64,000 nucleotides of DNA from an uncultured Rikenellaceae bacterium. GTDB taxonomy: Bacteria; Bacteroidota; Bacteroidia; Bacteroidales; Rikenellaceae. Below are positions 55,053 to 62,530 of this stretch, piece by piece; the stretch's first letter is position 1, and every line of letters begins with the position of its first letter. The notes beneath the pieces were generated by a model. The model was not told the origin of the DNA. It saw only the letters and a list, made by a program, of their open reading frames with translations, and searched no databases. The position numbers and the translations under genes are program-made. The stretch covers positions 5,732 to 69,731 of the forward strand of contig CAYJIF010000001.1 of the NCBI GenBank assembly GCA_964370175.1, given 5' to 3'.

Positions 55053-57458
55053 TTACAACACCTCCAACTTCGCAAACCGTTGCAATAGAGTCTTTGAACC
55101 GATGGTCGAAAACTCTACAGTCACCTTCACATCATTGTGCGTTGGTTCGAGCGCCACTACGACTCCCTTTCCGAAGTTACGGTGCGAAACATTCGTCCCC
55201 ACCTCCAGCTTCACCGCCTCGAGAGGCTGCTGCATCGATGACGATGCCGTTGAAACCCGCCTCATGTTCGAATTCAGAGTCGTTGGCTTGTTGACGTTGA
55301 GCCAGTCGTTGTTATTGGGGGTGGGACTCTCACGCTTTTTGTAAGTGGTACTACCTCCACCACCATATCTACTACCACTGCCATAAGCTCCACCGCCACC
55401 ATATCCGCTCCCTCTCGGAGTTGCAGTCCTCGCGCCACCGCTGGCTTGCGAGCCTTCAGCGCCCTTCGAACCACCGCCACTCACCTCGCTATCCAAGTAC
55501 TTCTCATCTATCTCCTCAATGAATCGACTCGGAGAGTAGTACTCGAAATCGCCATACTTAAATCGAGATGTGGCATAGCTGAGCGTTGCGCGTTTTTTGG
55601 CTCTTGTCAGGGCGACATAGAACAACCTGCGTTCTTCCTCTATCTCTACTGGCGACATTTGCGCTCTTTGCGATGGGAAGGTTTTTTCCTCCAGTCCCAC
55701 TATGTATATGTGTTCGTACTCCAGCCCCTTGCTGGCGTGTATTGTCATCAGAGTCACTTTAGGTTCGTCATCTTTTTCGTCTTTTTCGCTATCGCTGAGC
55801 AGCGACACCTCGTTCAACCACTCATCAATAGTGAAACTCTCACGCACACCATTTGGGCTCTCTTCATCAGGCACGGTGAAAGTCTTAATGGAACTGAGCA
55901 ATTCTTCGAGGTTATCGAGTCTTGCAACATCTTCCAGCGCAGTGCTTGCTTTGTAGAGCGCCAGCAGTCCCGATTTTTGCGCCACTTCCCTGGCAAATTC
56001 ATAGGCATCAAGCTCCGCCGCTTTTGCACCGAAATCGCCGAAAGCCTCCACAAACTTGCTTATCCCACCCACGGCAACTCCTCGAATACCCAGCTCCGAG
56101 GGAGCAGTGGTTCTGAGCACTTCGAACATCGAGGCGCCACGCTCACGAGCAGCACTTTCGAGTCGCGAGATGGAGGTGGCTCCAATTCCACGCGCTGGGA
56201 GGTTGATAATGCGTTTGAGCGCCTCATTATCCGCAGGGTTCACCGCCAAGCGCAGGTATGCGAGCAGCGCCATAATCTCAGCCCTATTATAGAATGAGTT
56301 ACCCTCGTGAATTTTGTATGGGATACCCCTCTCTCGGAGCTTGTCCTCGATGGAGCGCGAGAGCGAGTGCGTGCGATAGAGCACCGCAAAGCTCGAAGGC
56401 TTGGCATCGGTGGTGTACATAGTGGTGGCAATGTCGCTTGCTACTCGACTCGCCTCGTCCTTGTCCGAGAGGGACTCGAAGACACGTATTTTGTCGCCAA
56501 TTTCGCTGGTCGAATAGAGCTTCTTCTTCAAGCGAGCCTGATTCTTCTCGATCACAGAGTTAGAGGCCTCGACTATAGTCTGTGTCGAACGATAGTTCTG
56601 CTCCAGCCTACAAACCTTCACCTCAGGGAAATCCTTTTCGAAACGAAGTATGTTTTCTATTCTCGCCCCTCTGAACGAGTATATACTCTGACTGTCATCC
56701 CCCACCACACATATATTTCTATACTTCTGAGCCAGCAGCTTCAACACCAAGTACTGCACATGGTTGGTATCCTGATACTCATCCACCATAATGTACCTGA
56801 ACAGCTCACTATAAGTCTCCAACACCTCGGGAAAATTCTTGAGCAGGTAGTACATAATGAGCAGCAAATCATCAAAATCCATAGCCTTGTTAGCTCGACA
56901 ACGCTGGTTGTAGAGGGCATATATTCTATAGATTTCGGGGCGGCGCATCTCCTCATCCTCTCCTCGTGCTGCAGCATTAGCCTCGTAGGCAGCAGCAGTG
57001 ATGAGGTTGTTCTTGGCCAGCGATATTCTCGAAAAGACATCTCGTGGTTTATATTTATCATCGGGGAGCTGCAACTCCTTGACGATTGCCTTTACCAGAT
57101 TCACCGAATCGGAGTTATTATAGAGCGTGAAGTTTTCTGGATAATCGATTCTGTGTGCTTCACGGGATATGATGCGCCTGAAGATGCTGTGAAAAGTCCC
57201 CATCCACAAGCCCCGCTGCATGTCGGGGGTGAGTACTCCCGAGATACGCTCCCTCATCTCTCTTGCAGCCTTGTTGGTAAAGGTCAAACACAAAATATTG
57301 TGGGGAGAGATTCCACTGTGAATCATGTGAGCTATGCGCAGAGTCAGAGTGCGAGTTTTGCCGCTCCCTGCTCCAGCTATGATAAGTGTTGCGCCCTCAA
57401 TATTACTTGCCGCTTGACGCTGAGCGGGGGAAAGCCCCTCCAAAAAGTTATCTGTCAT
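55053..57458 (-). CDS. ATP-dependent DNA helicase, UvrD/PcrA family
   Basis: LIIAGAGSGKTRTL, MVDEYQDTN, TIHASKGLEYE, VALTRAKK. Gly/Tyr-rich linker and a C-terminal Tudor-like domain. Start taken at ATG 57458 (MTDNFLEGL). Confidence 0.9.
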   Translation of the reverse strand: MTDNFLEGLSPAQRQAASNIEGATLIIAGAGSGKTRTLTLRIAHMIHSGISPHNILCLTFTNKAAREMRERISGVLTPDMQRGLWMGTFHSIFRRIISREAHRIDYPENFTLYNNSDSVNLVKAIVKELQLPDDKYKPRDVFSRISLAKNNLITAAAYEANAAARGEDEEMRRPEIYRIYALYNQRCRANKAMDFDDLLLIMYYLLKNFPEVLETYSELFRYIMVDEYQDTNHVQYLVLKLLAQKYRNICVVGDDSQSIYSFRGARIENILRFEKDFPEVKVCRLEQNYRSTQTIVEASNSVIEKNQARLKKKLYSTSEIGDKIRVFESLSDKDEASRVASDIATTMYTTDAKPSSFAVLYRTHSLSRSIEDKLRERGIPYKIHEGNSFYNRAEIMALLAYLRLAVNPADNEALKRIINLPARGIGATSISRLESAARERGASMFEVLRTTAPSELGIRGVAVGGISKFVEAFGDFGAKAAELDAYEFAREVAQKSGLLALYKASTALEDVARLDNLEELLSSIKTFTVPDEESPNGVRESFTIDEWLNEVSLLSDSEKDEKDDEPKVTLMTIHASKGLEYEHIYIVGLEEKTFPSQRAQMSPVEIEEERRLFYVALTRAKKRATLSYATSRFKYGDFEYYSPSRFIEEIDEKYLDSEVSGGGSKGAEGSQASGGARTATPRGSGYGGGGAYGSGSRYGGGGSTTYKKRESPTPNNNDWLNVNKPTTLNSNMRRVSTASSSMQQPLEAVKLEVGTNVSHRNFGKGVVVALEPTHNDVKVTVEFSTIGSKTLLQRFAKLEVL

Positions 57459-57467
57459 AATCGAGTG

Positions 57468-57475
57468 CAAAGGTA
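57468..57475 (-). promoter_or_regulatory. -7 promoter motif TACCTTTG (UvrD-family helicase gene)
   Basis: TAnnTTTG, 9 nt before ATG 57458. Confidence 0.45.
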
Positions 57476-57496
57476 GGATTTTTTCAGAAATTTTCA

Positions 57497-57504
57497 TACA
57501 TTTG
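57497..57504 (+). promoter_or_regulatory. -7 promoter motif TACATTTG (PHP-like gene)
   Basis: TAnnTTTG, 37 nt upstream of ATG 57542. Confidence 0.45.
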
Positions 57505-57541
57505 CCCAAACTAATTGCCCTCAAATTAATATAATTCGGCT

Positions 57542-58726
57542 ATGCGCATAGTTCTAAAAACGATAAAGATTTTTCTACTCGTTCTGCTACTCATTGTGGT
57601 GACGAGTCGGGCTATTGTCCCCATCTATGACCACGCTGCTCCAACCCCGTTTAGCGGGAGCGAATTGCACAATCCATACGCTGGTATTGACTCCACTGAA
57701 TTCGCCCGAGAGTTCAAGAAAGCTAACCTCCATGCTCACGAATCAAACGCCGGAGCGCCTTTTGAGAGCATGCACAGTTATGCCGAGGGAGAGTTTTCGA
57801 AACTCTACCGTGATGCAGGCTACGACTACGCTCTTATCTCCGACCACCAGCACATAAACCCCGCATCGCCGATACCCGTCTACGAGCACGGAATGAATCT
57901 AAGCAACTTCCACATCAATGTCTTTGGAGCACAGAGCGTGTGGTGGTTCGACATTCCCTTCACACTCAGTAGTACTAGCGTGATGCAGTGGAAAATCAAT
58001 CGCCTGCGTGATGATGGCGAACTACTGAGCATCAACCACCCACACAGCCTGCGGGCGGGCTCGAGCGCCGAGGATCTCTCCCTGCTTACGGGCTACGACC
58101 TCATAGAGGTCTTTGTCCACAACAACCACGCGTGGGATAGCGTGCTATCGGCCGGGAGGTATATAATGCTCTGCTCAACAGATGACTCCCACTATCCCGA
58201 CAGCGACAACTACCCCTTCCAAAACAGATACACTATGGTTGCAGCACAAAGCCCCACGGAGCTACTCGGAGCGCTGAAGAGTGGCCTGAGCTACGGCGTA
58301 CAACACATTGCGCACAACACCAGAGTAGGAGCCATGGAGTCGCCACGACTCAAAAGAGTGGAGATGAGTGGTGACACTCTTTTTGTAGAGGCAGTTCAAA
58401 GTGTCGATTCTATCAACTATATTGGGCAAGGTGGTGTGATTAAAGCCAAGAACAGCGATTTTTACGTATTTGAGAGCGAGGACACTTACATTCGCGCCGA
58501 GATATTCCTCAGCGATGGCAAGGTGATAATACTCAACCCCATCGCCCGAATCTCAGCGCTAACACCCCTGCCCGAGGCTCAGATAAACTGGCTTATGACG
58601 ATTCTAAACTCCCTACTGAAGCTCGCTATCGTTCTCGTAATCATCATTTTGACAGTGAAACCCTCGCGCCGCCGCCGACCCAAAAAGCGCCGCTTTAAGT
58701 ACAGAAACAGAGCGCTAAACATATAA
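57542..58726 (+). CDS. PHP-like metal-dependent phosphoesterase, membrane-anchored at both ends
   Basis: NLHAHES, ISDHQH, INHPH and TDDSH resemble PHP-domain metal ligands. N-terminal and C-terminal TM helices. Tail KPSRRRRPKKRRFKYRNR. Confidence 0.5.
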   Translation: MRIVLKTIKIFLLVLLLIVVTSRAIVPIYDHAAPTPFSGSELHNPYAGIDSTEFAREFKKANLHAHESNAGAPFESMHSYAEGEFSKLYRDAGYDYALISDHQHINPASPIPVYEHGMNLSNFHINVFGAQSVWWFDIPFTLSSTSVMQWKINRLRDDGELLSINHPHSLRAGSSAEDLSLLTGYDLIEVFVHNNHAWDSVLSAGRYIMLCSTDDSHYPDSDNYPFQNRYTMVAAQSPTELLGALKSGLSYGVQHIAHNTRVGAMESPRLKRVEMSGDTLFVEAVQSVDSINYIGQGGVIKAKNSDFYVFESEDTYIRAEIFLSDGKVIILNPIARISALTPLPEAQINWLMTILNSLLKLAIVLVIIILTVKPSRRRRPKKRRFKYRNRALNI

Positions 58727-58749
58727 CCACACTCAAAAAAAAAGCAACC

Positions 58750-59439
58750 ATGTACGGACTTCTTGGATATCCGCTCTCTCACTCATTCTCACGGGGATGG
58801 TTCGAGGCGCGTGGCTATGAGTTTGAGAATTTTGAATTTTCCGACATTACAGAGTTCACCAACAACATCCCCGCCAAACTCGAAGGCTTTAGCGTCACAA
58901 TCCCACACAAGCAAGCTATCATGCCCTTTTTGGATGCGATTGATACCACTGCGCAAGAGATTGGCGCTGTAAACTGCGTGGTGGTGCATAGTGATGGCAC
59001 GCTTGAGGGGCATAACACCGATGCCGAAGGATTTTTGAAGAGCCTCTCTCCACTACTCAACAGAGCGATACACAAGCGCGCAGCTGTGCTCGGTTCTGGC
59101 GGCGCGTCTAAGGCCGTGCAGTGGGTTCTACGCAGCGAGGCGATTGATTTCGAGGTAATTTCCCGCTCCAATGGCGGTTACGATGATTTCCGGGCTCAGA
59201 ACTATGACATCATCATAAATACGACCCCCCTGGGCATGCACCCAAAGGTTCATGAATCCCCACCGCTGGACTACCACAATATTCGTCCACACACGATTTG
59301 CTACGACCTTGTGTACAATCCCGCCGAGACCGAATTCCTGCGCCAATGTCGCCAACAAGGCGCTGCGGTTATATGCGGATTTGCTATGCTTGATGCTCAG
59401 GCACAAGCTGCTCTACGGCACTACGCAAAGCGGAAATAG
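58750..59439 (+). CDS. aroE: shikimate dehydrogenase
   Basis: YGLLGYPLSHSFS, GFSVTIPHK, GAVNCVV, GSGGASKA. Confidence 0.85.
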   Translation: MYGLLGYPLSHSFSRGWFEARGYEFENFEFSDITEFTNNIPAKLEGFSVTIPHKQAIMPFLDAIDTTAQEIGAVNCVVVHSDGTLEGHNTDAEGFLKSLSPLLNRAIHKRAAVLGSGGASKAVQWVLRSEAIDFEVISRSNGGYDDFRAQNYDIIINTTPLGMHPKVHESPPLDYHNIRPHTICYDLVYNPAETEFLRQCRQQGAAVICGFAMLDAQAQAALRHYAKRK

Positions 59440-60289
59440 AGACGTGGGTGTATATCTCAGTAGTGGCAATATTTTGGTGCCCCAACATCTGCTGCACAGC
59501 GCGAATATCAGCTCCACCCTCCACCAGATGAGTGGCAAAACTGTGGCGTAGGGTGTGCGGATGAACATCTTTTTTGATACCAGCAGTAGTAGCCGCCCCC
59601 CTTACAATATTGAAAATCATCACGCGAGATAGCTTCGCCCCCCGCCTGTTGAGAAACAACACATCCTCGCTACCCTGCTTGGGGTGCATCTCTACACGTT
59701 GCTCCAAATAAAGCTGCACGTATTTCAGTGTCTGCGCAGCAATTGGCACCAATCTCTGCTTATTACCCTTGCCAATCACCCTGACCACTTGCTCGGAGGC
59801 AAAGAGGTCTGCAATTCGGAGCTCCGTGAGTTCGCTTGCACGAAGACCACAACCATACAGCATCTCGAGAATGGCCCTATTGCGATGCCCCTCAGGGGTG
59901 GAGAGGTCAACAGCACCAAAGAGAGAGAGCACCTCTTCGTAGCTCAAATAGTCGGGCAGTTTTCTTCCCTGGGTCGGCATTTCCAACAGCTCAAAGGGCG
60001 AAGTCTCCATTCTATCGGTGTGCAACAAAAAATCATAAAACGCACGCACTCCGCTCATTAGCCTCACCACCGACGAGCGTTTCAGCCCGCTCTGAGAAAC
60101 CGTAGCCATAAAATTCTGCGCCCCCGAACTCGTGAGCTCAGTCGGCAACAAACCCTCACCCGTGCAGTAATCTCGGAGCACTCCCACATCACGCAAGTAC
60201 GCCTCCACAGTGTTGCGCGAGAGCCCCCTCTCCAGAATCAAAAAGTCCCGTAAAGCAAAAAAAGCAATTTCCCAAGTAAAAAGTTCCAT
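59384..60289 (-). CDS. xerD: site-specific tyrosine recombinase XerD
   Basis: N-terminal SAM-like domain (LSRNTVEAYLRDV). Catalytic R..HxxR..Y (GLRASEL, HPHTLRHSFATHL, IYTHV). Confidence 0.88.
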   Translation of the reverse strand: MELFTWEIAFFALRDFLILERGLSRNTVEAYLRDVGVLRDYCTGEGLLPTELTSSGAQNFMATVSQSGLKRSSVVRLMSGVRAFYDFLLHTDRMETSPFELLEMPTQGRKLPDYLSYEEVLSLFGAVDLSTPEGHRNRAILEMLYGCGLRASELTELRIADLFASEQVVRVIGKGNKQRLVPIAAQTLKYVQLYLEQRVEMHPKQGSEDVLFLNRRGAKLSRVMIFNIVRGAATTAGIKKDVHPHTLRHSFATHLVEGGADIRAVQQMLGHQNIATTEIYTHVSISALRSAVEQLVPEHQA

Positions 60290-60296
60290 AGTTTGG

Positions 60297-60304
60297 CAAA
60301 AATA
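60297..60304 (-). promoter_or_regulatory. -7 promoter motif TATTTTTG (xerD)
   Basis: TAnnTTTG, 7 nt before ATG 60289. Confidence 0.45.
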
Positions 60305-60307
60305 GAC

Positions 60308-60315
60308 TATTTTTG
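60308..60315 (+). promoter_or_regulatory. -7 promoter motif TATTTTTG (aroQ)
   Basis: TAnnTTTG, 21 nt before ATG 60337. Confidence 0.45.
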
Positions 60316-60336
60316 TGGTATAAACAAATTAAAAAC

Positions 60337-60777
60337 ATGACCCGAATACTCATCATCAATGGCCCGAACCTCAACCTGCTTGGCACTCGAGAGATCGATA
60401 TCTATGGCTCCACCAGCTTCGAGGAGTACCACCACTCACTCAAAGAAAAGTACAACCAAACCGCCACTATTGACTACACTCAGAGCAATATCGAGGGCGA
60501 AATCATCGACACGCTACAAAGCGCACGCGGGAATTACGATGGCGTGGTGATAAATGCTGGCGGATACACCCACACTTCGGTTGCCATTGGCGATACAGTT
60601 GCGGCGCTCACCAGTGCAGGGGTAAAGGTCATCGAGGTGCATATTTCTAACATTCTGGCTCGCGAAGAGTTCCGCCACACATCCTACATCTCGCCCAAAG
60701 CATCGGGCACAATTTGGGGCTGTGGAATGATGGGCTATGAACTCGGAGTGGAAGCAATACTTCGCTCAGCAAAATAA
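60337..60777 (+). CDS. aroQ: type II 3-dehydroquinate dehydratase
   Basis: ILIINGPNLNLLGTREIDIYG, NAGGYTHTSVA, EVHISNI. Confidence 0.93.
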   Translation: MTRILIINGPNLNLLGTREIDIYGSTSFEEYHHSLKEKYNQTATIDYTQSNIEGEIIDTLQSARGNYDGVVINAGGYTHTSVAIGDTVAALTSAGVKVIEVHISNILAREEFRHTSYISPKASGTIWGCGMMGYELGVEAILRSAK

Positions 60778-61235
60778 TGGAAATAGTAGTAGTACTCGAT
60801 AACGTGCGCTCGGCTCATAATGTCGGAGCGGTCTTTCGCTCGGCCGACTCACTGGGAGCTAACGAACTAATACTCTGCGGAATAAGCGCCACTCCACCAC
60901 ACAAAGAAATCCACAAAAGCGCGCTCGGAGCTGAACTCAGCGTGCCCTTTAGATACTTCCAAGAGACAAGCACGGCGCTGCAAACACTCAAGGACGAGGG
61001 CTATAGAGTGGTCGCCGTTGAGCAGGTTGAAGGTGCCGTGATGCTGCAAAATTTCGTAGCTCGCAGTGACGAAAAATACGCCTTTGTACTGGGCAACGAG
61101 GTTGATGGCGTGAGCAAAGAAGCCCTCGAACTCTGCCACAGTGCCGTGGAAATCGAACAAAAAGGCGTGAAGAAATCGCTGAACGTGAGCGTTGCCGCTG
61201 GCATAGTGCTCTTCTGCGTCACCAACCCAAGATAG
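60777..61235 (+). CDS. TrmH/SpoU family RNA 2'-O-methyltransferase
   Basis: VVLDNVRSAHNVGAVFRSAD, VLGNEVDGVS, SLNVSVAAGIVLF. Its ATG overlaps the aroQ stop by 1 nt. Confidence 0.85.
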   Translation: MEIVVVLDNVRSAHNVGAVFRSADSLGANELILCGISATPPHKEIHKSALGAELSVPFRYFQETSTALQTLKDEGYRVVAVEQVEGAVMLQNFVARSDEKYAFVLGNEVDGVSKEALELCHSAVEIEQKGVKKSLNVSVAAGIVLFCVTNPR

Positions 61236-61522
61236 ATTTTACCCCCCCACTCTCTCCCCTCCACGCCCCACTTACTCCACTATCGCTCGACCCTTTCGAC
61301 TGTTGCGCACTTGTTCACTATATTTATATACGTACGCCCCCCCGCTCACAAGCCCAAAACGTGACGTCCACACGCCATTGTGCGCAATGCTAAGAGCTAT
61401 CAACCTGCTAAAAAACCACCCATTTCCGCCTCTTAGAACAACCCCTAAGTATTGATTTTGTTGAGGATAGCGAAAAAAAGCAGAAAAAATAAAAAAAGTG
61501 TGGGATTTTAAAGAAAAAGTAG

Positions 61523-61530
61523 TACCTTTG
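61523..61530 (+). promoter_or_regulatory. -7 promoter motif TACCTTTG (rpsL-rpsG-fusA operon)
   Basis: TAnnTTTG, 75 nt upstream of the rpsL ATG at 61606. Confidence 0.55.
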
Positions 61531-61605
61531 CACCTCATTTTGTGTGCATTACGCCCACGAGTGAGCTAAGTTAAACAAATTAAAAACAAACAACTAAAAA
61601 GAAAA

Positions 61606-61983
61606 ATGCCAACAATCCAGCAACTTGTACGCAAAGGCAGAACAGAGCTTGTAGACAAATCGAAGTCTCCAGCCCTTGATTCATGCCCACAGCGTCGTGG
61701 TGTGTGTGTACGCGTCTATACGACCACACCAAAGAAGCCAAACTCGGCTATGCGTAAGGTAGCACGTGTGCGTCTTACAAACCAAAAAGAAGTCAACGTC
61801 TACATTCCAGGCGAAGGTCACAACCTCCAGGAGCACTCTATCGTGCTTGTACGTGGTGGTCGTGTGAAAGACCTTCCAGGAGTTAGATACCACCTTGTAC
61901 GTGGTGCACTCGACTCATCAGGAGTAGAGGGTCGTACTCAACGCCGTAGCAAATACGGAACAAAACGCCCTAAGAAATCGTAA
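61606..61983 (+). CDS. rpsL: 30S ribosomal protein S12
   Basis: [12 protein letters not shown]...[16 protein letters not shown]. Confidence 0.98.
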   Translation: MPTIQQLVRKGRTELVDKSKSPALDSCPQRRGVCVRVYTTTPKKPNSAMRKVARVRLTNQKEVNVYIPGEGHNLQEHSIVLVRGGRVKDLPGVRYHLVRGALDSSGVEGRTQRRSKYGTKRPKKS

Positions 61984-62029
61984 CCCCCCAAAAGTTTAAC
62001 AACAAACACACTTAAAAAACATTTAAACA

Positions 62030-62506
62030 ATGAGAAAAGCAACGCCCAAAAAGCGAATTCTACTTCCAGATCCAAAGTTCGGTGATACGTTGGTTACTCG
62101 CTTTGTAAACAACCTAATGAACGACGGAAAGAAGAGTATTGCTTATGGTATCTTCTATGACGCATTAGATATTATAGGTGAGAAGATGAAAGATAACGAA
62201 CTCTCACCTCTGGAAATCTTCAAAGCCGCATTGGCAAACATTACTCCCCAAGTGGAGGTGAAATCTCGTAGGGTCGGCGGCGCCACTTACCAAGTTCCAA
62301 TGGAAGTACGCCCTGAAAGAAAAGTCGCCCTTGCTATCCGTTATCTGCTATCTTTCTCGAAGAAAAGAGCTGGACGCTCAATGGCAGAAAAACTTGCAGG
62401 CGAAATTCAAGCCGCATATAACAACGAAGGTGGTGCAATCAAACGTAAGGAAGAGATGCACCGTATGGCAGAAGCTAACAAGGCTTTCGCACACTTCAGA
62501 TTTTAA
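62030..62506 (+). CDS. rpsG: 30S ribosomal protein S7
   Basis: PDPKFGD..V.RFVN.LM.DGKKS.A ... [13 protein letters not shown]. Confidence 0.98.
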   Translation: MRKATPKKRILLPDPKFGDTLVTRFVNNLMNDGKKSIAYGIFYDALDIIGEKMKDNELSPLEIFKAALANITPQVEVKSRRVGGATYQVPMEVRPERKVALAIRYLLSFSKKRAGRSMAEKLAGEIQAAYNNEGGAIKRKEEMHRMAEANKAFAHFRF

Positions 62507-62530
62507 TTTTAATTCCACTGAATTATAAAA

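Noticed and set aside
55446-57476. Two long plus-strand ORFs (283 and 389 codons) opposite the UvrD-family helicase gene
   Set aside because: They lie antisense to a helicase with all SF1 motifs intact and their translations have no motifs. The same applies to the antisense ORFs at 19981..20679 (alaS), 28023..28574 (polA/pssA), 34589..35335 (ROK), 43798..44439 (korA) and 48515..49153 (AddA-like).
59384-60289. Tyrosine recombinase as a possible integrase marking a mobile element or an invertible promoter
   Set aside because: The sequence and length fit chromosomal XerD. It sits between aroE and aroQ with no flanking direct or inverted repeats, no tRNA target and no cargo genes.
61272-61538. 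88-codon minus-strand ORF in the 370-nt spacer upstream of rpsL
   Set aside because: There is no start context or motif, its composition is dictated by the C-rich and A-rich spacer, and it overlaps the rpsL promoter motif. Most likely non-coding.
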